Counted from the whole stretch's first letter, positions 29,526-42,611 are shown. The stretch is DNA of 63,648 nt, filler included, from Octopus bimaculoides (GCF_001194135.2; 7 parts of 6 records of this genome joined end to end with filler, not necessarily neighbours in it); one strand, 5' to 3'. Notes: generated by a model not told the origin, from the letters alone. Translations and numbers: made by a program.

Positions 29526-29823
29526 AATAGAACAAATATTAAAAGAAAGTGATACGGTTTCAATTCTGATTGAAACTATCCTACTGCTATTATATGATGT
29601 CACTTATGCAGTCAAAAACAAACTAATGTATTAAGTTTCCTGTTAATTAGTCAGAGGAGGAAGAAGATTGACCATAATCATTGAGTCCCAAATTGTAGAT
29701 TAGTGAGATTGATGTGGTCGATGTAGGTTGATATCGGAGATATAGAGAGGATAGGGTTGGAGGAATAATGTCCTAATGACAGATGAAAGTAGTAACTATA
29801 CTGAAAAGAAATGTTTATCACCC

Positions 29824-30057
29824 CATCAATATGGCTGTTCGACGTTACTACTGTTTTAACCCCAGGCAGATCCTCCGCCAACTGGTTACCGGTGCAACCT
29901 GCACTTTGTATCTATTGCAAGCAGGGGAGCGAACCCCTACTATCCTCTAGCAGACGACGGTTTCGGGTTAGCTGTGCTCATCGTCAGTCGTGAACACTCG
30001 ACCAGCTAGATCTGTCTGGAATTAAAACGGCAGTAACATCGAACAGCCATGTTGATG
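29824..30057. mobile_element. MITE with ~49-bp TIRs
   Basis: CATCAATATGGCTGTTCGACGTTACTACTGTTTTAACCCCAGGCAGATC at 29824 versus GATCTGTCTGGAATTAAAACGGCAGTAACATCGAACAGCCATGTTGATG at 30009-30057 (near-perfect reverse complement). TSD not clear. Confidence 0.75.
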
Positions 30058-30098
30058 TGGCGACGAATAGTATATATAGATATATATATCACTCAGAG

Positions 30099-30138
<40 letters not shown>

Positions 30139-30210
30139 TACACATATATATATATATATATATATTTATATGTATACANNNNNNNNNNNNNNNNNNNNNN
30201 NNNNNNNNNN

Positions 30211-30245
<35 letters not shown>

Positions 30246-31092
30246 TACATATACAAGCTGTGTCCCCTTGAAGCACATCTGCTTATTTCAGTATTCCAAA
30301 TCTGTATGTAGATATTATATTTGTGTGAGCTATTGCATAAGAGTTGAAAATACTGGAAACTATTCTCTGCAGAGTAATTGATATGAAAACAGGGGATTGG
30401 AAAATTTTGGGGTATTATTTATTCCACATTATACGTGTTTTAGTTGCTAATGAAAGATATATCCGATTGCAAATTCTTCTGACAGATAATCAAATGTATT
30501 ATAGTTTTAGAGAGATTTCATTAGTGTTTCTAGCAGATCCAATGAGCACGTGAAGTTTCCTCGTAGTAATGTATATTTGGTGTAAGGTGTATCTAGATTG
30601 CAGAAGGATGGAGACCATTCGTTCATATGTGGAAAGTTGAGGAGTAAATGACAAGGATTAACTTGAATTTTATTGTTTCTTCTATAGTCGACGCGTTCCT
30701 TATCAAAATCCATTGTAATACAAGGTGGAACTGCAGCTAGTGTTGTTTCCTTATTGGAAACACCAAATGTAATCAATTTCTTTATGCATGTATGTATATG
30801 TGTATGCTTCGTGTAACGCAGTAAAAGGAGAGTGCGAGAGTTTGAGGGTAGTAGAAGAATTTATAAGTGAGAATATATATTTACTCATTCTGTAGCGAAA
30901 TTGTTATTTACCTCTCTCCTCTGTGTGTGTTTGTTCCCCTCCACCACTTGATTTCCGGTGTTGGCTTGTTTACGTCCAAGAGATTAATAGAATAAGTACG
31001 AGGCTTTAAAAAAGTAATGCGGTCGATTCGCTCAAGTAAAACCTTTCAAAGTGCCCCACCATGGCCGCCACCCAATGATTGAAGCAAGTAAT

Positions 31093-31168
<76 letters not shown>

Positions 31169-31528
31169 NNNNNNNNNNNNNNNNNNNNNNNNNNNNNNNN
31201 NNNNNNNNNNNNNNNNNNNNNNNNNNNNNNNNNNNNNNNNNNNNNNNNNNNNNNNNNNNNNNNNNNNNNNNNNNNNNNNNNNNNNNNNNNNNNNNNNNNN
31301 NNNNNNNNNNNNNNNNNNNNNNNNNNNNNNNNNNNNNNNNNNNNNNNNNNNNNNNNNNNNNNNNNNNNNNNNNNNNNNNNNNNNNNNNNNNNNNNNNNNN
31401 NNNNNNNNNNNNNNNNNNNNNNNNNNNNNNNNNNNNNNNNNNNNNNNNNNNNNNNNNNNNNNNNNNNNNNNNNNNNNNNNNNNNNNNNNNNNNNNNNNNN
31501 NNNNNNNNNNNNNNNNNNNNNNNNNNNN

Positions 31529-31824
31529 GCTGTGGTTTGCTGTGGTGCTTTTATGTTTACTGTATTGAAAGTGTTTTGCGTAGAATGTGTGCAGTACCCA
31601 GTAGTGCAATTTTCTGTATGTTACATATATTTGTAAGTTCTGGTATTTTTGTTATGTATTTGTCTGAGTATTTTTTAATTATACCTAAGGCACCTACTAT
31701 GATAGGAATTGTTTCTGTTTTTAGACTCCACATTCGAGTTATCTCTATTTCCAGGTCTTTGTATTTTGAAAGTTTTTCCATTTCTTTTCGAGAAACGTTG
31801 TCATCTGCTGGTATTGATACATCA

Positions 31825-31826
<2 letters not shown>
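31529..31826 (-). mobile_element. 5'-truncated R4/Dong-like non-LTR retrotransposon (RLE C-terminus + short 3' UTR)
   Basis: Minus frame IDVSIPADDNVSRKEMEKLSKYKDLEIEITRMWSLKTETIPIIVGALGIIKK...IQKIALLGTAHILRKTLSIQ* (stop at 31557). This is the typical restriction-like endonuclease C-terminus of R4-clade elements; begins directly at a (TAA)n tract. Confidence 0.82.
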
Positions 31827-31871
<45 letters not shown>

Positions 31872-31899
31872 CATTATTATTGTTGTTGTTGTTGTTGTC

Positions 31900-33664
31900 G
31901 GTGAATAAAGACGTGTTTTTTTGAATTCTGTTGAAGAGTTGTTGCTTTGTTGAAAAATTTGTTGAACGCCTGTTTTTCTTGCTAAATTGTTGTTACAAGG
32001 TAACTGCCTTCTTGAGGAGCTAGTTTCTGTTGAAAAAAGACCCATTTACGGGGTCTAAATACCCACTTTTTTCGAAAATCTTTCGAAGAAAAAAATAAGA
32101 ACATTAGTGATTGAACGAGAGTGAGAGCGGGAGGGGGAACAACCAATTCAACGAAGACTTCTCTGCCCTCACCACTATTGTTTCTGCGCAAGAGAAGGAG
32201 GAAGAGAGGAAAGAATCAAGAAAGTAGGAGAGAAAGAATGACACTGAAACTGCTACCACCGCCACCACAAACACAAACACGACCAACAACAACAATAAAC
32301 CAAGCGTCAACGGTTTTGCCTCGGCGTCGAGGCAAATTAAAGAAAAACTGAACGTCACAATAGAAGAGATTAAAGTCTCAAAAGGACTACAAAAGGACTA
32401 ATAAAAAGAAATGGAAACAATGTAGCGATAAATACAGCAAATGATATAATTAGAGACACAAACAAAAGAACACTAATTTAGAAATATGTAAACACACGCA
32501 AAAAAAAAAGAATAGAACAAACAACACAAGAACAACTTGAACTCATACTTAAGCCAGTATCGAATGTAAAAACCAATGTAACAAGACGAAACGTTTCGTC
32601 ACTGAGGAGCTGAGTTTCGCAACAGAGCAAGATACCATTCCACGGTGCCACTAAAAGGTCAAGACTTTTTACTCGTTCCGATATACCTTGGTCGGCGCGT
32701 AACAAAAATAAAAATTGGGGAGGTGCCCCCAGAAATAAATTGCTCAAATTGAACAAGAGAGCATAAATTCTATCCCCGACTCGATAAACTTGCTGGACGG
32801 CACGAAGCTGCACGTGGCCATAGAGGGCAGGAGGTGCTATTTCTGTGGCGATAATAAACATCTCAAGGTCAATTGCCCCAAATACAAGGAGCTGCGGCCG
32901 GCACTGCTACCAACACCTGTGTCAGTTCCATCTGCAGTGCAGCAGCAGCAACAGCAAGCGGCAGCAAGAAGCAGCGGTCGATGCACCAAGGACAGCAACA
33001 AAGCCACCATTCGGCCTTTGGTGAACCAGAACGGGCGCGAGATGTTTGAACCGAAGCATATGTGTGCAACTTCTCAGCAGTACTTTACTCGACTGTTCGG
33101 GACGAGTGGTAGAACGGACAGCAGGGCAGACTTCGGTGTCTACCTGGACGGCCTCCCGCAACTCTCGGTGAGCGAGGCAGAGTGCTGTGAAAGGCCGATA
33201 ACAGCTGCGGAAATACATGAAGTGACAAAGAGCTGCACGAGAGGCAGATTGCAGGGTTTGGATGGCCTGCCCTACGAGCTTTATATTTCGATGCCAGACT
33301 TGTTTGCGGGCCTCTTAGCAGACATCTACCGCAACTGGCAACAAAATGGGAGACTTCCTATTTTTGTTTGTCGAGGGGCGGTGGCTCTGCTGAGAAAGGA
33401 TCCAAACAAGGGAGACATTATTGAGAATTTCAGGCCCATCACTCTGCTCAATGCAAAGTTGAAGATTTTGGCCAAGGTGTTAGCCAAGAGGTTGGCGCTT
33501 GTCGTGGTCAAGCTGATTGGCGAGGCGCAAACACGCGCCATCCCAACGAGGACTATTCTCGATAACCTCCACTTCATGCACTACATCATAGAGAGGATGG
33601 GTAACGAATCTGGCGTGGGTGGGGCTCTGATCAATTTAGATCAGTCTAAGGCCTTTGATAGAGT
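31900..33664 (+). mobile_element. Tx1/L1-clade non-LTR retrotransposon, internally deleted; ORF1 CCHC knuckle fused in frame to RT N-terminus; cut by scaffold spacer
   Basis: ORF 32790-33664: CYFCGDNKHLKVNC (C-x2-C-x4-H-x4-C, 32835-32876), then YFTRLFG...GLDGLPYELY...NFRPITLLN...ILAKVLAKRL...LINLDQSKAFDR (RT motifs). Decayed ORF1 upstream (~32140-32790). 5' limit approximate. Confidence 0.9.
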
Positions 33665-34919
33665 NNNNNNNNNNNNNNNNNNNNNNNNNNNNNNNNNNNN
33701 NNNNNNNNTTAATTAATTAANNNNNNNNNNNNNNNNNNNNNNNNNNNNNNNNNNNNNNNNNNNNCACGACGCTCTTCCGGATCTGACTTGCACACACTTT
33801 CCGTTTGACAAATTCATTCACAAATCTTTGGTCAGCCTGAAACTGTAGAAGACTCTCGTCCAAAGAGCTGCACGCGAAAGCATGGATTTGCAAACAACGT
33901 TTTTTTTTCGCACCACACAGCCATGCTTCCGTCTATTTGCTTAATTACTTTAATTATCCTTAACATTAAATGTACTCTTTCCCTGTCTTTCTTTTCTTAG
34001 ACCTGGGGCAAAATAGTGAATTTCTTCTCTGTCACTCTATTTCCATTCACTGAAGATCTTTGTTGTATGGCAAACATTTATCCAGCAACACTTTACGACT
34101 ATTGTCAAGACGTGTTTTGCCTTCTTCCTTCACTGGTGTATATATATATGTGTATGGGTATATCTGTGTGAACGTGTGTCTAGTGTAAGTGTACGCATAT
34201 TCTTGCTTTCCTTGTATTCTATAGAATATTCTCTGTATAGCACCCTGTTTCGGCCCACCCGATATGCAAGTCACTTCCTATCTCGTCATTTTAATAATAT
34301 CTCACTCACCACACGACCACACAACGCTAAATATTCCTCGACGTATTCCTTCTTAGAGCTTCTTCTGGAATGCATATGCTAATTTATATCCTTGTTTTTC
34401 GACCTGGAAGGCATGAAGTGTCATGGTCGGTGACCTTCCCGTTTCTTTTGCTAAATAAAATGTGAAGGTTGGGGAACATAGGTATAAGCGTCGCTATGTG
34501 GTAAGAAGTTTGCTTCACAGCCACATTGTTCCGAGTTCAATACTACTGCTGACCAAATACTTATGAGTAAATTTCTTTCACGAAAACAGAAAGAAGTCCA
34601 TCGTATGTTTGTTTGTGTGTTTGTGTTTGTTCTCACGATTGCCGCTTGACAACCGGTGTTGGTGTGCTTACGTTCCCATAACTTAATAAGTACTATTTTT
34701 AAAAAAATATGACCCGGACTCTATTCAGTCGATTAAAAAAATTCATCAATGTGGTGCCCCAGTACGGCTGCTGACTGAAACGAGAAAAAAATAAAAGATT
34801 TTATTAACTTTTGGGCGTACAGCGTTTCATAATAAAAGGTGGGGTGGTCACTTATGGAACAAGTTTTCTCACATGACCCTTCACCGAAGTTCCTTTGTAA
34901 TTAAAACAACAACGGCAAC

Positions 34920-35112
34920 AATTTACTACTACTACTACTACCATTACTACTAGTATCACCACCACCACTATTACTCCTACTATTACACTATCACCACCAC
35001 CACCACCACCACGACTACTAGTAATTTTACTACTCCCACCACTACTATTACTACTAGTATAACCGCCACCACCACCACTATTATTACTTTTACGACGACG
35101 ACGACCACCACC

Positions 35113-35161
<49 letters not shown>

Positions 35162-35290
35162 GTACTACTACTACTACCACCACCACCACNNNNNNNNNNT
35201 ACTACTAGTATAACCGCCACCACCACCACTATTATTACTTTTACGACGACGACGACCACCACCACCACCACCACTACTACTACTACTACT
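34920..35290. repeat. Compound (ACT/ACC/ACG)n microsatellite
   Basis: Direct reading; ~90-110 bp is duplicated across the short N gap at 35191-35199. Confidence 0.9.
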
Positions 35291-35814
35291 AATGTTGCTG
35301 CTGCGTGAGCCAACCTTGCCCACCCCCACCTTTTCCACTTAAATAAGACCTCTACACTATGTTATTTCAAAACATCTGAATCCACTAATGAAATGACAAT
35401 GTTTTTTTTTTGTCTTGCGGCTAAATCTTGTTGTAATTGCTGTAAATATTGTTGTAGTTGTTGTTGTTGATGATGTTGTAGATGGCGTTGCTCTTGCTCC
35501 GGGAATTATTGTTATTGTTGTTATAAGTCTAGACTTGTTTGTTGTTCTTTTATAGCTCCTTCCCCACCCCACCCTACCCATCGCTAGGTCACTCACTGTT
35601 GAAGTTTACGTTGTTGTCAGTGGTTATATCCATGTGCTTGCTGCTCAGCTTGATGATGAGGCTGTAGTAGCAGTAGTAGTAGTAGTAGTGGTGGTGATGG
35701 TGGCGGTAGTAGGGGCAGCAGTAGCGGTGATGGTGGTGGTGCTTGGAGTAGTAGTAGTCGTTGTCGTTGCTGTAGTAGTACATGTATTTAATACTGGTTT
35801 CAAATTTTCGCACA

Positions 35815-36645
35815 AGGCCTGTAATTTCGAGGGAAGGAGTTAAATTCGATTCCATTGACCCAAGTGACCTACTGGTACTTATTTTATTGACCCCGTAAGG
35901 ATGAAAGATAAAATCGACCTCGGCGGAATTTTAACTGAGAACATAAACCCGGACGAAATGTCGCTGAATATTTTTTCCCAGCAAACGGGCTAAACATAGA
36001 GGGGACAAACAAGGACAGACGAAAGGATTAAGTCGATTACATCGACCCCAGTGCGTAACTGGTACTTAATTTATCGACCCCGAAAGGATGAAATGCAAAG
36101 TCGAACTCAGCGGAATTTGAACTCAGAACGTAACGGCAGACGAAATACCGCTAAGCATTTCGCCCGGATGTGCTAACGTCTCTTATTTCTTTATTGCCCA
36201 CAAGGGTCTAAACATAGAGGGGACAAACAAGGACAGACAACGGGATTAAGTCGATTACATCGACCCCAGTGCGTAGCAGGTACTTAATTTATCGACCCCG
36301 AAAGCATGAAATGCAATGTCGACTTCGGCGGAATTTGAACTCAGAACGTAACGGTAGACGAAATACCACTAATCATTTCACCCAGCGTGCTAACGTTTCT
36401 GCCACCTCGCTGCCTTCTGTAGCTCGAATATACTTTTCTACTCTGGAGACAACGCTCGAAATTTTGGGGGAGGTGCCCACTCGATTCGATCGACCCCTGT
36501 ACGCAACTGGTACTTAATTTATCGACCCTGAAAAGATGAAAGGCAAAGTCGACCTCCGTGGAATTTGAACTCATAAGATAAAGACAGACGGAATACCGCT
36601 AAGTATTTCGCCCGACTTGCTAAAGATTCTACCAGCTCGCCGCCT
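35815..36645 (-). mobile_element. Four head-to-tail SINE family A copies
   Basis: Core repeated at ~35880, 36065, 36285, 36515; middle two share the CTAAACATAGAGGGGACAAACAAGGACAGAC tail. Confidence 0.85.
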
Positions 36646-37124
36646 TTCCCACGTACTTAATATTGTTGCACAAGATAAGATCTAACTGAGGTGCAACTCA
36701 CTTCAGTATGGTTTCATTCACTTTGGTCAGGGCCTTGAATAATGGTTTGTAGTTACGTTTTTAAGTGAGGACTGGAGAATTCTCCATAGCTAAATGGTTA
36801 TAAAAGTTTGTTTTGTAGTTACGGGGCTCGGGTCTGTTCCCACAACTTGACATCTTGAGCGCGTGTCCTTTCCCGTAGCACCGTATATGTTAGTAAAATT
36901 GATACATAGAAGCTGAGCCGAAATTTGTCATATTGACTGTTCTCGTAATTCTAACAGTGCATCTGTTACACGATGTGTCACACCGGTGATTATATTCTTA
37001 AGAATTACGTTAAGGATACACGTAACTATGGAATACCCAACCACATCACATAACAACCCAAAGTGTTGTTCAGTTGATAGGATTGTGTCTCCAGGTCGTA
37101 CACATCGGGGAGATTTATTTTAAT

Positions 37125-37330
37125 TTACTCTTTTACTTGTTTTAGTCATTTGACTGCGGCCATGCTGGAGCACCGCCTTTCGTCGAACAAATCGATCCCA
37201 GAACTTATTCTTTGTAAGCCTAGTACTTATTGCGTCGGTTTCTTGTGATGAACCGCTAAGTTTCGGGTGCGTATACGCACCAACATCAGTTGTCAAGCGG
37301 TGGTGGGAGGACAAACATAAATACGCGCGT
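37125..37330 (-). mobile_element. SINE family B 3' part
   Basis: TTACTCTTTTACTTGTTTTAGTCATTTGACTGCGGCCATGCTGGAGCACCGCC tail. Confidence 0.8.
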
Positions 37331-37743
37331 GGGTGCATAATCCACACATGTCAAGGTCACCAGCCCCAATCCACACACACACACTGCTCTCTCATACACA
37401 CGCACGCGCACCTTCGTTTTGTCATCACCACTACTTTATTATCTCCCCGTCTTCCTAGCTCTCCTATCTGACCNNNNNNNNNNNNNNNNNNNNNNNNNNN
37501 NNNNNNNNNNNNNNNNNTTAATTAATTAANNNNNNNNNNNNNNNNNNNNNNNNNNNNNNNNNNNNNNNNNNNNTTGTGCAGGATTGTATTTTGTTCTGTT
37601 ATTGATCTTTTAGTCGTTGTTTTAAGGCTTTCTGTTGCTGCTGCTGTTGTTGTTCTAGGTGCAGCTTCAATTTTAGTACCTAGTGCAGCAGCCATTGTAG
37701 CGATGTTGCTGGTATTGTTGATGTTTCTGCGTTAGCAGTAGTG

Positions 37744-37777
<34 letters not shown>

Positions 37778-39669
37778 AGTCACTTTTTATTGTTATTTTT
37801 GTTGCTGGAAGGAGAAAGCCGTAAGGTAAGCGGTGCTACCAAGATTGTGACATCTAGATCTTCAATCTCTATTACCATTTGCTGCTCTCTTTAGATCTCT
37901 ATTAGGTAGGGTTTCATCTGAACCAGGATTTCCAATCCTAACCCAACCTAATTTTATTTCTGAATTTTGCTTTTTATTTCCATCATTGTTTTAAGCTCTT
38001 CCAGAATAATACATTTTATCAGCCAGCAGAAGTTAAGTTCTGGTTGTACGTTTGCAATTTTCACCATGAGCACTCATTTTCTGTCTCAGATAAATTGGAA
38101 TCACTGTAAATTTGTTACCTCTATATGGGACAGTGAAATGTTTCTAGGCTAGAGTTTCCGAGTGAATATTTACTCGTATGCGACCATACTGGTTGACACA
38201 AGTGATAAAACCTATGTCACTCCATAGCTCAGCGGAATTTGCTTTAACTGGCATATTTTCAAATATACACTTGTACACTACCGTTCTTCTACGTTTTTTG
38301 CTCTAGAACGTACGGTGGTACAATGACTGTAGTCCTTTTACTATTTGGTATTTTCTATCCAATTGGACAAAATCAAATGTTTTGGCAGTACCAGCAAAGG
38401 AGCTGCTTTTTACTGTGATTTTACTGCTGTTGTTACTGTTGCTGCATCATTGCTTATAACTATGTAGTAGCNNNNNNNNNNNNNNNNNNNNNNNNNNNNN
38501 NNNNNNNNNNNNNNNNNNNNNNNNNNNNNNNNNNNNNNNNNNNNNNNNNNNNNNNNNNNNNNNNNNNNNNNATTACCAATGAGCACTATTTCGACTAATA
38601 GTAGCAAAGTTTTGTTGACTATTGTTATGGAAAAAACTGGCAGGAAAACAATAGGAATGAAATGGGGTCTCCAAACTTTGGGACAACCAACTAATGCCAA
38701 TCAATGAACCCCTACAGTTCCTAGATTCTGTCAAGGACAAGTGCCCTCACCCCGCTATATTCTTGAGTCTACAAGAGTAATGCTGAAACTGAATAAATTA
38801 TCCAGACCATTCTTGCTATTCTTACTAACCTTTCAGCTGAGTAAGTGAAGTCGCGTGACGTAATATTTAGAGTATTACAGCCACGATTGTGTTCCTGAGT
38901 AAAACACCTCATTTCACAATGCGCTGCGATCACTTCGAAACCGGATGTGTAGCACACCGTTCACCTGTATGGAAATATTGATTGCTGGAGGAAGTGAGCT
39001 AATCTATACCACAAATATTTGTGCAAATTGTAAGATTCTTCAGTCAGAAATTTCAGAACCTTTATGTGTCATCTACGACTGGAAATCCCATTCCGCCATT
39101 CCGCTTTTTGTTAAATCAGTTGGAGAGCAGTATCTTTCTCTCTACCCTTCTTCTCTAAGCAGAAATGGATGCTGACGAGAGTTTGCCCAAAAATAGAGAT
39201 GTTTTCACAATATTCAGTTTTATTCACCACAAATTCTCTTATACAACAGTATAACAAAATGAAAGTGCTAACCTTTCTCAGTCGAAGAAAAGGGACAAGT
39301 ACATTCTTACGATCGACTTAGCTGATAGCTGGTCTTATGTCGTAGAAGATATGTGCAAACTTTATCTTAAAGAGCAACCAAATGCGGGTCTTGTATGTAA
39401 CTGTTCAAGCTACTAAATCTACTTTATTAAAACTGATCTGTGTTGAGACAACTCGTAACTGTCATACGTAATCAATGGTATCTTAGTCGCATTATCTTTG
39501 CTTTTTAATATTGTTATAGGTGTCTGTGCAGCTACGAGCAGACGTAGAACCCCGTTCTCTCTGACCTCGCAGTGAAAATCCAGTGGAACGTCCAGAATGT
39601 TTCAGCTAGATGGAAAAAAAGAGCTTTCTGCTCTTTTTGTACTGCGGTTTACATGGAGACCCCACTAGT

Positions 39670-39890
39670 GTCACTGGCATGAGAAAAGCATTCAGTATAC
39701 ACAGTAAAATGGTTGGAGGTTAGGAAGGGTATCCATCCGTTGAAAGCATGCTCGGCGCATCCTCACAGGTCGTCGGATCTTGTCAAACCGTCCACCCGTA
39801 CCACCATGGAAAACAGACGCCAATTGAAACTGATGATGATGATGTCGACAATGATGATAATGATGATAATAATGATGATGATGACATGGA
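39670..39890 (+). mobile_element. SINE/LINE 3' end with (GAT)n tail
   Basis: GGTTGGAGGTTAGGAAGGGTATCCATCCG...CATGGAAAACAGACG followed by (GAT)n. Confidence 0.55.
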
Positions 39891-40822
39891 GGAGGAGGTG
39901 GAAAATCTTAACCTGAAGCAACGTGAAATAAAGTGCTTTATTGGCAGAAACAACGCACTAACAAGTCAAGGACTCAAACCACCCCACGACGTTGTTATCG
40001 TAATCTAAACACCCTAACCACAAAGCCACACGCCTTCCTGACGAAACAAATATAACAACGACAACTACAACAGCAGCAGCAATAGCAGCAACTGTAGCAA
40101 CAACAACAACAACAAACTGCAACGAGAACGGACACAATTGTAAGAAGTAGAAGCAAGAGAGCCCAAAGGCCTTTGTGAACTCTTAAAATGGTGTCTCCTT
40201 TAGCAAACAACGTAGTGAAGTGAATATCAAAGAACTATTTATACGCTGTATTGGCCTTATACACACTTGTCGATTTAAACTATTACTTGGCTTTGATTTC
40301 ATTTCTTTTTTTTTTCGTTTTACTTTTACTTTTTCTGTGTACAGTATAAAATTGACAATTTGAAGTCTTATTAACATATTTTAACAGGAAGTAAAGAAAG
40401 AAAAAACATTAAAAGTATAAAAGATCAAATTATCGAGAAAAAAAAACCATAAAAAGATTTGTCATTGCTTTCTCGATGCGCGCACGTACGCGTTAGAATG
40501 AATGTGTGTGTGTGTGTGAGTGAGTGTGGTGTTTCATCTTTGCGTTCGTACGTACGTGTATGTTTTATTTCATAATTATTTTATTATTTTATTATTTGTA
40601 TTCCTATTACTTGATTTGGTTGTTTCTTTCGTTGCTCCCGTGATTTATTTAATCTTGGCGTTCTTTTGGACTATTTTGGTTTTATTTGGGAAAAATATTA
40701 CATACGTGTATGCATGCATACATATACATACACATTGTATACGTATGTATATATAAAGAGAGAGGGGGGTAGTGAAATACATACATACGTCTAGATGTAT
40801 GTATATATATATATATATATAT

Positions 40823-40853
<31 letters not shown>

Positions 40854-41090
40854 AGGGGGGGAGAAAGAGAAAGAGATACGTATACATACATACACATGCA
40901 CATTTAAGTATGTGAGTGTAAGTGTAAATAAATGTCTGCATGTGTGTGTGTGTGTGNNNNNNNNNNNNNNNNNNNNNNNNNNNNNNNNNNNNNNNNNNNN
41001 NNNNNNNNNNNNNNNNNNNNNNNNNNNNNNNNNNNNNNNNNNNNNNNNNNNNNNNNNNNNNNNNNNNNNNNNNNNNNNNNNNNNNNNNNN

Positions 41091-41141
<51 letters not shown>

Positions 41142-41410
41142 AAGAGAGAAATGGGGAGAAAGCGTTTCTGCTTTCTTATCCTGTCTATCCAATTGATAGT
41201 TTCTACTTTTTCTTCGCTATTTGCACAAGTGCACACACACTTACACACAGACACACGCACATACACAAACACATATACACACACAAACACGCGCACGAAC
41301 ATGCACACATACGACTAACAAAATAGAGTCTATATCAATAATAGATAAATCACTTCAAAATCATAATCATGTCTATTACACGACATATTTTCAATTTCGC
41401 TCTATCATCC

Positions 41411-41756
41411 ATGTCTCTACGGAGCGTTGGCCGTTTGATAATGTTACTTTTCATAGCCTCCATAGTATCACAGCACAAGCCAATGTTATGTTCAGCTATT
41501 GTAGCATGTCGACCAATTCTACCTTGTAGGAAATGTGAAACGCACTGGTTAAAGAATTATTGGAATCCAAGCCGATATTTTCTCTGTCTGAACGGACGAG
41601 TATATAAGGGACTTTGTAGAGATGCTAATATATTTTCATTAACACTAAAATGCTGTATACGCTCCTGGCAATTAGAATGGCAAGGCTGTGTTACAAAAGA
41701 AATTGATTACAAACCAACGATTACCACTACTCCGAGTATACCTCTAAACTACACAG
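41411..41756 (+). CDS. Exon 1 (coding part) of a chitin-binding S1A serine protease(-like) gene: signal peptide + CBM14-like domain + Thr/Pro linker
   Basis: Open frame MSLRSVGRLIMLLFIASIVS-QHKPMLCSAIVACRPILPCRKCETHWLKNYWNPSRYFLCLNGRVYKGLCRDANIFSLTLKCCIRSWQLEWQGCVTKEIDYKPTITTTPSIPLNYT(G). YFLC-x9-C-x5-F-x6-C-x10-C spacing matches the peritrophin-A C3-C6 pattern. Ends at ACAG|GTAAGG (phase 1). Start is uncertain: in-frame ATGs at 41369, 41411, 41441; phase-1 AG acceptors at 41456 and 41495 could also make it an internal exon. Confidence 0.8.
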
Positions 41757-42611
41757 GTAAGGGAATACTTTTCTGTTGCCTTCATTATTGCAATTAAAGT
41801 CTATTGTATTTTATGGCATACAAAACGCACTTTTTTCGTCTAAAATGTCTCAAACACACCACCCCGGGTCTTATTCGCTAAGGTGAGCTTATGCTATATG
41901 CTTTAACCCTTTGCCTGTCTTGTGTATCACATGTGATACGTAAGACATTTTTCTCGCATTCATGCATCATAAATGGTACACATTCCCAATATTTTTCCCA
42001 GCATCAGAGTCATTTGGGATTTACGAAAGGAAAGCTATACATTACTCGGAACGCATGAAACAAAGGCTAACTAAAATTCTGAAAGCAAACAGGAACGTTT
42101 AATACAAGCCTATGAAAACGATTTAAGCACGCAAAGGGAGAATGTTCTAAGAGGTTTCTTCCCCTGAATATGCGTTACTGAAATTGGGCTGCGTCTGATA
42201 TGTTCTTTTATGTCAGAAGACCGCACTTTATAATCAAAACTTTTACTGTCTGCAAAGCCACTTTGATGCAAAAGCTATCCGTTTATTCTCACTCGTCTTA
42301 TCTATCCTGTACCTCAGTTTTAAAATCTGCTCAGTCTGGGTCTTCTCTTTCTTTTTGCATTGTTCTCTGTCTTTTTGGCATAACTGTTCCACTTCTTTTA
42401 ATACCCTTGACTGTCCATTTTACTGCTCGATATATTAACTGGGCTTCATGCTGGGAACGAAGCACTCGGCTCTGAAGAATATTTGGTCCTTTCACGAAAC
42501 TCTGAATTCTTGAAACAATTAGGGAAGGTTCTACGCGGTCACTCGACCGTCTAGAAATTGTAACAAATCTCCCGAAAATTACATCCTGCCGTATTATAAA
42601 GGAAGTATTTG

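Noticed and set aside
30590-30655. LQKDGDHSFICG resembling a trypsin HFCGG segment
   Set aside because: Bounded by stops, no WPW or TAAHC context, no usable splice sites.
35040-35290. ~100-bp direct duplication of a Thr-rich-looking unit
   Set aside because: Copies flank a 9-N gap inside a microsatellite; most likely unmerged contig overlap.
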